From positions 2,481-66,480 of the forward strand of contig CAZSGP010000003.1 of NCBI GenBank assembly GCA_964606485.1: a stretch of 64,000 nt of DNA. The letters are read 5' to 3'. The notes beneath the pieces are model-generated. The model was not told the origin of the DNA, made no database searches, and saw only the letters and a program-made list of their open reading frames with translations. The DNA comes from an uncultured Planctomycetia bacterium (GTDB lineage Bacteria > Omnitrophota > Gorgyraeia > 2-02-FULL-51-18). Every line of letters starts with the position of its first letter. Within the stretch, counting starts at the first letter, position 1. Shown piece by piece: positions 28,876 through 38,051 of this stretch. Position numbers and translations under genes: made by a program.

Positions 28876-29721
28876 ATGGCGCTCATCAAAGCAAAAATTA
28901 GAGTAGGACATAGCCCGGATCCAGACGATGCATTTATGTTTTATGCGATCGCTCACGATAAAATTAAAACAGATGGAATTAAATTTTCCCACGTCATCGA
29001 AGACATTGAAAGTTTGAACCAGCGCGCTTTTAAAGGTGAGCTTGAGGTGACCGCCGTTTCAGTGGCTGCGTATTTTAAGGTAGCCGATAAATACGCGCTC
29101 ATGCCGTGTGGAGCGAGTATTGGGGACAAGTACGGCCCCATCGTTGTTTCCAAAAAATCAATTTACCCGAAGGAGTTAGAGGGCAAGCGCATTGCTGTGC
29201 CCGGACTTCATACCACCGCCTACTTAACACTCAAGCTATTCCTGCCCAATTTCAAAGAAGTGGTTATTCCGTTTGATAAAATTTTAGACGCCGTTGAAAA
29301 AGGCGAGGTGGACGCAGGCCTTGTGATTCATGAGGGCCAGCTCACTTACGAAAAACTTGGCTTTAAAAAAATAGTGGATCTCGGCCAATGGTTTTTTGAA
29401 ACGACCAAGCTCCCGCTTCCGCTAGGCGTCGACGTCGTGCGTAAAAATTTAGGACGCGACGTGATGCGAAAAACGACACGGATCTTGCGTGAAAGCATTG
29501 TTTATGGACTCAAACACCGCGAAGAGGCACTCAAATACGCTATGAAGTTTGGCCGCGGCATCGAAACCGAAACCGCCGATGAGTTTGTGGGAATGTATGT
29601 GAACGACTACACGGTCGACATGGGCAAAAAGTGCAAAGAGGCGATGAAGATTTTGCAGGACGCCGCCGTTTTACACGGATTTGTGCCAACGCTTCATAAA
29701 ATTGAATTTGTAGACATGTAG
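28876..29721 (+). CDS. mqnD: MqnD-like futalosine-pathway menaquinone biosynthesis protein (1,4-dihydroxy-6-naphthoate synthase family).
   Basis: SPDPDD (consensus SPCPND), RIAVPGLHTTAYL, GEVDAGLVIHEGQLTY and LPLPLG motifs match the MqnA/MqnD family as I remember it. Confidence 0.6.
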   Translation: MALIKAKIRVGHSPDPDDAFMFYAIAHDKIKTDGIKFSHVIEDIESLNQRAFKGELEVTAVSVAAYFKVADKYALMPCGASIGDKYGPIVVSKKSIYPKELEGKRIAVPGLHTTAYLTLKLFLPNFKEVVIPFDKILDAVEKGEVDAGLVIHEGQLTYEKLGFKKIVDLGQWFFETTKLPLPLGVDVVRKNLGRDVMRKTTRILRESIVYGLKHREEALKYAMKFGRGIETETADEFVGMYVNDYTVDMGKKCKEAMKILQDAAVLHGFVPTLHKIEFVDM

Positions 29722-29723
29722 GC

Positions 29724-31502
29724 ATGGGCCAAAAGCCAGCCACTACTTTTGTTCAGAAATCCTCCGAGTGGATACGGAAACCAAAATCCATCGACGCCAA
29801 TCTAAAAAATTATTTCAAAACCTCTAAAACTTTTCGCTGGAAAGATGTCGAGAAAGAATTTGATTGGCATAAAACTAAAAAAGTAAATATTGTTCATGAA
29901 ATTATCGATCGCCACGCATCTTCCTTTCGAAAAAATAAAGTAGCGCTTTATTACTCGGACCCCGAGCGTAATGAGAAATACACTTTTTTGGATCTTAAAG
30001 AGAATTCCAGCCGTTTCGCAAATGCCTTAAAAAAATATCAGATCAAAAAAGGGGACCGCGTCGGCGTTTTTCTGCCGCGAACCCCTGAGCTTTATGTGTC
30101 TATGCTAGGCATTCACCGCATTGGGGCAATTCCAGTCCCGCTCTTTGAAGCGTTTATGGAAGCGGCTATTGAAGACCGGCTTGTGGACAGCGAAGTTGCA
30201 GTCATTGTGACAACTCCGGAGCTTTTGCCGAGAATTCCACTCTCTAAAATTACAAGTTTAAAGCATTTATTTTTAGTGTCCGCAAAACCAGAGTTTACTC
30301 CTTCTTGCGTGAGTCGGCCGGGAGCGATTGCGGTGCATGATTACCATGAGGAAATGCGCCAAGCTTCGGAGAATTGCGCGCCCACTTGGCTCACTGTCGA
30401 TGACGGCCTCGTGATTCATTACACTTCCGGCTCTACGGGAAAATCGAAAGGGGTGCTGCATCGGCAGTACGCCATGGTTGGACATTATCAAACGACTAAA
30501 TGGGCGCTTGATTTGCGGGACGACGATATTTATTGGTGCACGGCCGACCCCGGTTGGGTGACGGGAACGTCGTACGGCATTTACGGGCCTTGGTCGCTTG
30601 GGGCCTCAAGTCTGGTTCTTGGTGGAAGATTTTCTGCAGAATCTTGGTATCGCGCGATTGAAAAATTTAAAGTCACGGTTTGGTACAGTGCGCCCACCGC
30701 GTTTCGAATGCTCATGTCACAAGGGGAAGAGCTTCCCAAAAAATTTAATTTAAAGTCCGTTCGGCACATTTGTTCAGTGGGCGAGCCGCTAAACCCCGAA
30801 GCGCTGCGCTGGATTAAAAAAATTACGGCGCAAGCACCCCACGAAACGTGGTGGATGACTGAAACAGGAATGCATATTATTTGCAATTACCGTAGTCTTG
30901 ATTTCAAAGTCGGTGCAACCGGACGTTCATTCCCAGGGACTTATGCCACGGTTGTGAATGACCAGGGCAAAGAGCTTCCGCCTAATACGCTGGGACATCT
31001 AGCCGTGAAACCTGGTTGGCCCTCAATGATGAAAGCCATCTGGAAAAACAAAGCCAAATTTGATGAGTACTTTCGAATCAAAGGCTGGTACGTGAGTGGA
31101 GATAGCGCCTACAAAGACAAGGATGGATTTATTTGGTTTGCAGGCCGGGCGGACGATGTGATAAAAACATCGGGCGAGCGGGTCGGTCCGTTTGAAGTTG
31201 AAAGCGCGCTGATTGGTCATCCAGCCGTAGCAGAGGCGGGCGTCATCGGAAAACCAGACGAGGTCCGCGGGCAGATCATCAAAGCATTTATTAGTCTGCG
31301 CAGCGGATTCAAGCCATCCGATGAATTAAAGAAAGAAATTGCGGAGTTTGTGAAGAAAAATATGGCCGCACACGCCGCGCCCCGCGAAATAGAATTTTGT
31401 GAAAAAGTACCCAAAACTCGTTCTGGCAAAATTATGAGACGGGTCCTGAGAGCTTGGGATCAAGGGTTGCCGACGGGTGACACTTCAACAATGGAGGAAT
31501 AG
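29724..31502 (+). CDS. AMP-forming acetyl/acyl-CoA synthetase (ACS family).
   Basis: YTSGSTGKSKGV, WWMTETG and a C-terminal GK..R motif; 592 aa. Confidence 0.8.
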   Translation: MGQKPATTFVQKSSEWIRKPKSIDANLKNYFKTSKTFRWKDVEKEFDWHKTKKVNIVHEIIDRHASSFRKNKVALYYSDPERNEKYTFLDLKENSSRFANALKKYQIKKGDRVGVFLPRTPELYVSMLGIHRIGAIPVPLFEAFMEAAIEDRLVDSEVAVIVTTPELLPRIPLSKITSLKHLFLVSAKPEFTPSCVSRPGAIAVHDYHEEMRQASENCAPTWLTVDDGLVIHYTSGSTGKSKGVLHRQYAMVGHYQTTKWALDLRDDDIYWCTADPGWVTGTSYGIYGPWSLGASSLVLGGRFSAESWYRAIEKFKVTVWYSAPTAFRMLMSQGEELPKKFNLKSVRHICSVGEPLNPEALRWIKKITAQAPHETWWMTETGMHIICNYRSLDFKVGATGRSFPGTYATVVNDQGKELPPNTLGHLAVKPGWPSMMKAIWKNKAKFDEYFRIKGWYVSGDSAYKDKDGFIWFAGRADDVIKTSGERVGPFEVESALIGHPAVAEAGVIGKPDEVRGQIIKAFISLRSGFKPSDELKKEIAEFVKKNMAAHAAPREIEFCEKVPKTRSGKIMRRVLRAWDQGLPTGDTSTMEE

Positions 31503-31503
31503 C

Positions 31504-31764
31504 ATGTTTGGAAAGATGGGCGGTATGATGGAGCAGTTGCAGATGATTCAAAAATTGATGAAGGACGAAAACTTTAAAGCCTTTATCTCGCACCCCAAAG
31601 TTCAAGAGTTGTTTAAGGATCCTGAGTTTAAAGAGGTGACGAAGTCCAAGGATATGATGAAAATTGTGCAGCACCCGAAGTTCATGGCGCTGGCCCAAGA
31701 TCCGGTCGTGGCACAGCTCATGTCAAAAATAAACCCACAAAATATTCTAGCGGGTATAAAATAG
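31504..31764 (+). CDS. Small protein with STI1/DP-like repeats.
   Basis: GGAGG RBS. Repeated DPEF / HPKF / DPVV...L helical motifs. Confidence 0.4.
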   Translation: MFGKMGGMMEQLQMIQKLMKDENFKAFISHPKVQELFKDPEFKEVTKSKDMMKIVQHPKFMALAQDPVVAQLMSKINPQNILAGIK

Positions 31765-31768
31765 CAGA

Positions 31769-32677
31769 ATGAAAATCGTTCTGAGCGGCTCTGGTGGATT
31801 GATCGGTGAACCCTTAATTCGCGAGCTCTCAAAATCTCACGAGATCAGTATCTTAAAACGGCATCTACCTCTAAAGGCTAACACCCGTTCTACCCAGGAG
31901 TTTTTCTGGAATCCCAAAGATCACGGCGGGCCTTGGACCGGGTTAATCGATGGCGCTGATGCTGTTATTAATCTTTGCGGTGAGAACATTGCCAAAGGTC
32001 GCTGGACTGATCCCCGGAAAGAAGCACTTCGAGATAGCCGGCTTGAACCGACCGCAGCACTTGTTGAAGCGGTGGCCCAGGCTAAGAACAAACCCAAAAT
32101 TTTTATCAACGCCTCAGCCGTTGGTTTTTACGGCGCTCGTGATGAAAAGCCGCTCGACGAGCAGGCGCAGGCAGGTTTTGGTTTTTTACCCGACTTATGT
32201 GCTGAGTGGGAAAAGGAAGTTGAGAAGATTTCTCAATTCAACGTAAGGCTTATCACGCTTCGCACGGGAATTGTCCTTTCTAAAAAGGGCGGAGCGCTCG
32301 CCAAGATGATTCCTCCGTTTCAACTATTTGCCGGCGGACCTCTGGGCAGCGGCAAGCAGATGATGAGTTGGATTCATATTGATGATGAAGTGTCAGCGAT
32401 CATAAAATGTTTGGAAGACTCCAAGATCTCTGGCCCGGTCAATTTGACAGCGCCCAATCCCGTGAGCATGAAACAATTTTCGAGCACCTTAGGAAAAGCG
32501 CTAAAACGACCAAGTATTATGCCGGTGCCAGGTATCGCTCTGAAGGTTCTGCTTGGTGAAATGGCGGAAATGTTGCTAACCGGTCAAAATGTGATCCCGT
32601 CTAAATTGCAATCAGCCGGATTTCGTTTCCGTTTTCCAACACTCGAAGGTGCTCTTCAAAATCTTTTGCAAGGGTAG
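31769..32677 (+). CDS. TIGR01777/YfcH family NAD-dependent epimerase (SDR39U1-like).
   Basis: N-terminal G.GG.IG Rossmann motif and a C-terminal DUF1731-like region. Confidence 0.8.
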   Translation: MKIVLSGSGGLIGEPLIRELSKSHEISILKRHLPLKANTRSTQEFFWNPKDHGGPWTGLIDGADAVINLCGENIAKGRWTDPRKEALRDSRLEPTAALVEAVAQAKNKPKIFINASAVGFYGARDEKPLDEQAQAGFGFLPDLCAEWEKEVEKISQFNVRLITLRTGIVLSKKGGALAKMIPPFQLFAGGPLGSGKQMMSWIHIDDEVSAIIKCLEDSKISGPVNLTAPNPVSMKQFSSTLGKALKRPSIMPVPGIALKVLLGEMAEMLLTGQNVIPSKLQSAGFRFRFPTLEGALQNLLQG

Positions 32678-32698
32678 GGAAGTCGCCTGATAAGCCGC

Positions 32699-32727
32699 TT
32701 GACAGGTTTTGGCTCAGGTGATACACT
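32699..32727 (+). promoter_or_regulatory. Sigma70-type promoter for rplM-rpsI (TTGACA, 17 nt spacer, TACACT).
   Basis: Hexamers read directly from the sequence, about 30 nt upstream of the rplM ATG. Confidence 0.5.
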
Positions 32728-32758
32728 TTTGGCTCTTAAAAAAACGAATAGGGAATCT

Positions 32759-33196
32759 ATGTCTACTTTGTATTTAAAAGCGAACGAAATGAAACAGAGA
32801 AAATGGCAGATTATCGACGCCAAAGGACAGGTCGTGGGTCGTTTGGCCGCACGCATTGCCCGCATTTTATCTGGTAAGACGAAAACGGATTACACGCCTC
32901 ACGTGGAAAACGGAGACGGAGTTATTGTGATCAACGCCAAAGACGTTATCGTCACTGGCAACAAGCTTAAAGATAAGATTTACACAAGTTTTTCTGGGTA
33001 CCCAAGCGGAATCAAGAGACGGAATTTTGAGCGCGTGATGTCGGAAGACCCCACGTTTGCAATTAAGCACGCTGTCAAAGGCATGCTTCCCAAGAGCCGC
33101 TTAGGAAAACGGATGATCACCCATTTTCTGGTTTATGCCGGAAGTGAGCATCCGCATATGGCTCAGCAACCCAAAACATTAGTCATAAAGGATTAA
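32759..33196 (+). CDS. rplM: 50S ribosomal protein L13.
   Basis: MKQRKWQIIDAKGQVVGRLAARIA. Start set at the internal Met with an AGGGAA RBS. Confidence 0.9.
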   Translation: MSTLYLKANEMKQRKWQIIDAKGQVVGRLAARIARILSGKTKTDYTPHVENGDGVIVINAKDVIVTGNKLKDKIYTSFSGYPSGIKRRNFERVMSEDPTFAIKHAVKGMLPKSRLGKRMITHFLVYAGSEHPHMAQQPKTLVIKD

Positions 33197-33200
33197 ACAA

Positions 33201-33617
33201 ATGTCCGAATCGAAGCTCCTCAAGGCTCCTGCCGATAAAAACAACGCCACTGGCCGCAGAAAAGAAGCGACGGCGCGCGTTCAGCTTTTTAAGGGGACTG
33301 GAATTATTCAGGTCAACAAGAAGGACATGAAAACCTATTTTGGACGCCCGACGCTTGAAATGCTTGCGCGTCAGCCGATCGAAGCCGCGAATCTTACCGG
33401 AAAAATCGACGTGATTGCTAATTTGGACGGCGGAGGACTCGCCGGACAAGCAGGCGCCTTGCGTCATGCGATTTCCAGAGCTTTAGTGGAATTTGACCCT
33501 ACGTTAAAAACCCTGCTTCGTCGCGGAGATTATCTCACGCGCGATCCTCGTATGAAGGAACGCAAGAAGTACGGGCGCAAAGGGGCCAGACGGAGATTCC
33601 AATTCTCGAAACGTTAA
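33201..33617 (+). CDS. rpsI: 30S ribosomal protein S9.
   Basis: GGG..GQA.A..HAI.RAL and a C-terminal KKYGRKGARRRFQFSKR. Confidence 0.95.
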   Translation: MSESKLLKAPADKNNATGRRKEATARVQLFKGTGIIQVNKKDMKTYFGRPTLEMLARQPIEAANLTGKIDVIANLDGGGLAGQAGALRHAISRALVEFDPTLKTLLRRGDYLTRDPRMKERKKYGRKGARRRFQFSKR

Positions 33618-33640
33618 AATAAGAATTTCTGTAACTCTAT

Positions 33641-33676
33641 ATATGGCCGAGACTTACGCTCGGCCATATTTTTTTG
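33641..33676 (+). terminator. Rho-independent terminator after rpsI.
   Basis: Perfect 11 bp stem ATATGGCCGAG/CTCGGCCATAT with a 7 nt loop, followed by a T-run. Confidence 0.75.
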
Positions 33677-33679
33677 TTT

Positions 33680-33708
33680 TTGACACTAAGGAGAACACCC
33701 TCTATAAT
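33680..33708 (+). promoter_or_regulatory. Perfect consensus sigma70 promoter (TTGACA, 17 nt spacer, TATAAT) immediately upstream of argC.
   Basis: Read directly from the sequence. The -10 hexamer ends 10 nt before the argC ATG at 33719. Confidence 0.65.
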
Positions 33709-33718
33709 GCGAATCTCT

Positions 33719-34747
33719 ATGAAAAAAATTAGAATTGGCGTTGTTGGCGCGACAGGTTATACCGGTGAAGAGCTTGTGCGAATTTTAGTCAAACATCCGC
33801 ATATTGAGCTGACATATGTTTCCGGAAAAGAAGACCGCGAAATTAAAATCCAAGAAATTTTTCCTTATCTTAAAAATCAAATTGATCTCGAGTGCAAAGC
33901 ATTTAACATCGACGAAGCGATTGAAAAATGCGATCTCGTTTTTCTGTCGCTCCCACACACCGTTTCCATGCAGGTGGCGCCCCAGCTCTTAAAAGCTAAA
34001 AAGAAAGTGATCGATGTGAGTGCGGATTATCGACTAAAAGATTTGCAGCTCTATGAGAAATTTTATAAAACGGCGCATAAAGATACCGTTCATTTAAAGG
34101 AAGCGGTCTACGGACTTCCGGAAATCAACCGCGAAAAAATTTCAAAGGCGAGACTTGTCGCGAACCCAGGCTGCTATCCGACGGGCTCCATTCTAGGTTT
34201 GTTGCCGGGTGTTAAAAAAGATTTGTTTGATTTGAATACCATCAAGATTGATGCCAAAAGCGGCGTCACCGGAGCAGGGCGCAAAGCCGATAAAAATCTC
34301 AATTTCTCCGAGGTGAATGAATCCTTTAAAGCATACAAACTTTTTGAGCACCAACATGTTCCCGAAATTGACCAGGAGCTTTCGAAGGTTGCTAAAAAAG
34401 ATGTAAGTGTTGTTTTTGTGCCGCATTTGTTGCCGCTTAACCGCGGGATTCTGAGCACAATCTACGTAGATCTTAAGAAAAAGATGACGGGCGAAGAGTT
34501 GCTCGCGGTCTATCAGAAGTTTTACGCCGAAGAACCTTTTGTAAAGGTTTATCCGAAAGGACAGTTGCCCGAACTCAAGCATGTGCAGAACACTAATTTC
34601 TGTGATATTGGTTTGCGTGTTCACGAAGCCAAGGGTCTAGCTGTGATCGTGGCTGCGATTGATAATTTAGACAAAGGTGCGGCGGGACAAGCCGTGCAAA
34701 ACATGAATATCCTGTGCAATTTTGAGGAGACCGCTGGACTACAATGA
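33719..34747 (+). CDS. argC: N-acetyl-gamma-glutamyl-phosphate reductase.
   Basis: MKKIRIGVVGATGYTG and the catalytic Cys motif (PGCYPT). Start set at the third in-frame ATG of the ORF; see the leaderless-argC finding. Confidence 0.9.
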   Translation: MKKIRIGVVGATGYTGEELVRILVKHPHIELTYVSGKEDREIKIQEIFPYLKNQIDLECKAFNIDEAIEKCDLVFLSLPHTVSMQVAPQLLKAKKKVIDVSADYRLKDLQLYEKFYKTAHKDTVHLKEAVYGLPEINREKISKARLVANPGCYPTGSILGLLPGVKKDLFDLNTIKIDAKSGVTGAGRKADKNLNFSEVNESFKAYKLFEHQHVPEIDQELSKVAKKDVSVVFVPHLLPLNRGILSTIYVDLKKKMTGEELLAVYQKFYAEEPFVKVYPKGQLPELKHVQNTNFCDIGLRVHEAKGLAVIVAAIDNLDKGAAGQAVQNMNILCNFEETAGLQ

Positions 34748-35967
34748 AGCAAATTAATGGCGGCGTGACCGCCCCTTCCGGATTTAGAGCCAATGGTGTT
34801 TATTGTGGAATTAAAAAATCTAAAAAGCGGGACTTGGCATTAATTGTTTCTGAAAAAGTCTGCGACGCGGCGGGAACCTTTACAACGAACAAGGTTCAAG
34901 CTTCCTGTGTGGTTATCAACAAAGAGCAGTTAAAAGATTCCCGCGCCCAAGCTATTATTGCCAATTCCGGAAATGCGAATTGCATGACGGGTAAATCAGG
35001 ATTCGACAATTCGCGCTCAATGATTTCGGCGGCTGCAGATATTCTGGGAATTCACAAAGAGAATATGCTGGTTGCGTCGACCGGTGTGATTGGAAAGCCA
35101 CTTCCCATCAAAAAAATTCTGGCCTCGGTTCCGGAGCTTGTGAATGGTTTAAGTAAAAAAGGCAGCGAATTTGCTGCCCTCGGAATTCTCACCACCGACC
35201 GCATGGCTAAAGAAATTGCCGTCGAGATCATGATTGGAAAAAAAAGAGTGCGGATTGGTGCGATCGCAAAAGGCGCGGGGATGATTCACCCGCAGATGGA
35301 ATTGCATCAACCCAAGCACGCAACCATGCTTTGCTTTGTCACGACTGATGCTGTCATTGCGCCGAGCGCCCTAAGAGCAGCGCTCGATAAGGCTGTGGAC
35401 AAAACCTTTAACGCCATTACGATTGATGGTGACGTGTCTACCAATGATATGGCTGTTATTTTGGCCAACGGCATGGCCCAAAATAAAAAGATCGTCGAAA
35501 AAACCAAAGAGTTTCAAGCATTTGCCCGCGCGCTGGAATTTATATTTGATAAAATTGCACAAGCGATGATTCGCGACGCCGAGGGCGCCACGAAATTTGT
35601 GGAAATTTTTGTGAAGGGCGCTCAATCCAAGGCTGACGCCAAGCTTGTGGCGCGCTCCGTGGCGAGCTCCAGTCTGGTTAAGTGCGCACTATTTGGATGC
35701 GACCCTAATTGGGGGAGAATTGCCGCGGCGACCGGATATTCTGGTGCGCATGTGGATCCTTGGAAGCTTCATATTTATCTCGGAAAAGAACTGGTGCTTC
35801 GAAATGGCGGGCGGGTTCCGAAGAAGGCCGCCGTTTTAAATCGGGTGTTTGCTCAAAAAAATATCAAAATCACCGTGGATTTAGGACTTGGTAAAAATGT
35901 CGCAAGCTACACCACTTGCGATTTTTCGACGAGCTACGTCCGCATTAACTCTGCCTACAGGACTTAA
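34744..35967 (+). CDS. argJ: Bifunctional ornithine acetyltransferase/N-acetylglutamate synthase.
   Basis: ATMLCFVTTDA self-cleavage site motif. Confidence 0.95.
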   Translation: MKQINGGVTAPSGFRANGVYCGIKKSKKRDLALIVSEKVCDAAGTFTTNKVQASCVVINKEQLKDSRAQAIIANSGNANCMTGKSGFDNSRSMISAAADILGIHKENMLVASTGVIGKPLPIKKILASVPELVNGLSKKGSEFAALGILTTDRMAKEIAVEIMIGKKRVRIGAIAKGAGMIHPQMELHQPKHATMLCFVTTDAVIAPSALRAALDKAVDKTFNAITIDGDVSTNDMAVILANGMAQNKKIVEKTKEFQAFARALEFIFDKIAQAMIRDAEGATKFVEIFVKGAQSKADAKLVARSVASSSLVKCALFGCDPNWGRIAAATGYSGAHVDPWKLHIYLGKELVLRNGGRVPKKAAVLNRVFAQKNIKITVDLGLGKNVASYTTCDFSTSYVRINSAYRT

Positions 35968-35970
35968 AAC

Positions 35971-36834
35971 ATGGAAGAAATTATTAAAAAAGCGGACGTT
36001 TTAATCGAAGCCCTTCCTTATATACAGAGCTTCTACGATAAGACCATCGTGATCAAGTATGGCGGCGCGGCCATGACGGACATTGAGATACGCCGCAACG
36101 TGTTGGAAGACATCGTGTTCACAAGCTACGTGGGGATGCGTCCGATTTTGGTACACGGCGGCGGCCCGTATATTTCTAAGCGGATTGAGCAAATGGGCAA
36201 AGAAGTGAAATTCGTAAAAGGCTTTCGCGTCACCGATGAAGAAACGATTGAAATTGTGGAAGAAGAGTTGCAAAAGGTGAATCGTGAAATCGTCCGTGAA
36301 ATTATTTCACTCGGTGGCAGCGCTATTTCCTTAAGTGGCAAAGAGGATCATCTAATTGAAGTGAAGCGCCACGGAGATTTGGACGGGGTGGATATCGGTT
36401 TTGTTGGAGAAATCACGAAGATCAACGGGGACGTTATTCAAAAGATGATCACGAGCGATATTATCCCTGTTATCTCGCCGATCGGAATCGGCAAGGATGG
36501 GTTTACGTACAATGTTAACGCCGACCAAGCTTCCGCGGAAATTGCCCGCTCTCTTGGCGCGCTCAAGCTCATGCTTTTAACGAATACTCGTGGAATTTTG
36601 ACCGATATGAATGATCCTGAGTCGGTGATCTCGCATTTAAGCATTGCGGAAGTGGACGGTTTGATGGAGTCGAAGGTTCTGACGGGCGGGATGATTCCTA
36701 AAGTGAAAGCTTGTATCCGCGCGCTCGAACGCGGCGTTAAAAAAACACACATCATTGACGGACGAATTCCTCATGGAATCCTTCTAGAAATCTTTACCGA
36801 CACCGGTATCGGAACTGAAATCGTAAAAAAATAA
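35971..36834 (+). CDS. argB: Acetylglutamate kinase.
   Basis: VIKYGGAAM and VHGGGP motifs. Confidence 0.95.
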   Translation: MEEIIKKADVLIEALPYIQSFYDKTIVIKYGGAAMTDIEIRRNVLEDIVFTSYVGMRPILVHGGGPYISKRIEQMGKEVKFVKGFRVTDEETIEIVEEELQKVNREIVREIISLGGSAISLSGKEDHLIEVKRHGDLDGVDIGFVGEITKINGDVIQKMITSDIIPVISPIGIGKDGFTYNVNADQASAEIARSLGALKLMLLTNTRGILTDMNDPESVISHLSIAEVDGLMESKVLTGGMIPKVKACIRALERGVKKTHIIDGRIPHGILLEIFTDTGIGTEIVKK

Positions 36835-38051
36835 TGGACCATCGTAAAACCATAAGACTTTATTTTGACAACGTCGTCCCGTGTTACACCAAAACCCCTT
36901 TGGTTTTTGTGAAGGGAAGCGGCACGCGTATTTGGGATACGCATGGCGACGAATACCTGGATTTTTTTCCGGGATGGGCAGTGAGCGGGATTGGGCATTG
37001 CCATAAAAGAGTAGTCGAGGCCATCAAGCGGCAATCCGAAAAGCTTCTCCACGTTTCCAACAATTACTACCACGAATCGCAGGGCGTACTCGCTGAAGAA
37101 ATTATCCGCCACTCCTTTCCTGGAAAAGTTTTTTTCTGCAATTCCGGAGCCGAAGCCAACGAAGCCGCTTTTAAGCTTGCCCGTAAATGGGGAAATCCCG
37201 CCAAGAATGAAATTATTTCAATGGAGCGTTCCTTTCACGGGCGGACGCTCACGACCATTACGGCGACCGGAACGGCAAAATACAAAGAAGGTTTTGAGCC
37301 GCTTGTTCCCGGATTTAAGACAATTCCTTTTAACGATTTTGAGGCCTTAGAAAAAGCGGTCACAGCCAAAACAGCGGCCATTATTCTTGAGCCTATCCAG
37401 GGCGAGGGCGGAATTCGCGTGGCGGATCAGCAATATTTGTCTAACGTCCGCCGCTTGTGCAACGATAAAAAAATTCTCCTTATTTTTGACGAAGTTCAAA
37501 CCGGTATGGGTCGTACCGGCAGAATGTTTTGCTTTAAGAACTATGGGGTGGAGCCGGATATTATGACGCTTGCCAAGTCTCTTGGTGGAGGCTTTCCAAT
37601 TGGTGCAATGGTTGCCAAAAAAGAGATTGCCGATGTTCTTCAGCCGGGAACACACGCCACGACGTTTGGCGGCAGTCCTCTAGCCTGCGCAGCGGCGCTT
37701 GCGGTGTTCGAAGCGATAGAAAAAGAAAAACTGCTCAATAACACCGTGGTGTGCGGCGCGCATTTATTTAAACGTCTGACAGAACTTCAAAAGAAACATC
37801 CGATGATCAAGGAAGTAAGGGGAATGTCCTTGATGGCCGGAATAGAGCTCGATATTGATGGAAAAAATATTTACGAAGAATGTTTAAAGCGGAAACTTTT
37901 AATTAATTGCACACAGGGCAATGTTCTGCGCCTCATGCCGCCGCTCGTAGTTAAGGAAAAAGAAATTGATCGAGCTATTCAAATTTTAGATCAAGTTTTG
38001 GCGTTAGAAGAAGAAAGAGTTTTAACAACACAGGGGAGTAACCGTTCATGA
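36834..38051 (+). CDS. argD: Acetylornithine aminotransferase.
   Basis: Class III PLP aminotransferase with DEVQTGMGRTG and the Lys motif. Confidence 0.9.
   Translation: MDHRKTIRLYFDNVVPCYTKTPLVFVKGSGTRIWDTHGDEYLDFFPGWAVSGIGHCHKRVVEAIKRQSEKLLHVSNNYYHESQGVLAEEIIRHSFPGKVFFCNSGAEANEAAFKLARKWGNPAKNEIISMERSFHGRTLTTITATGTAKYKEGFEPLVPGFKTIPFNDFEALEKAVTAKTAAIILEPIQGEGGIRVADQQYLSNVRRLCNDKKILLIFDEVQTGMGRTGRMFCFKNYGVEPDIMTLAKSLGGGFPIGAMVAKKEIADVLQPGTHATTFGGSPLACAAALAVFEAIEKEKLLNNTVVCGAHLFKRLTELQKKHPMIKEVRGMSLMAGIELDIDGKNIYEECLKRKLLINCTQGNVLRLMPPLVVKEKEIDRAIQILDQVLALEEERVLTTQGSNRS

Noticed and set aside
33700-33730. Possible ARG box (ArgR operator) overlapping the argC promoter.
   Set aside because: Only loose GAAT/ATGAA fragments are present and there is no convincing 18 bp TGAAT-ATTCA palindrome. 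No argR or ahrC gene is in the window.
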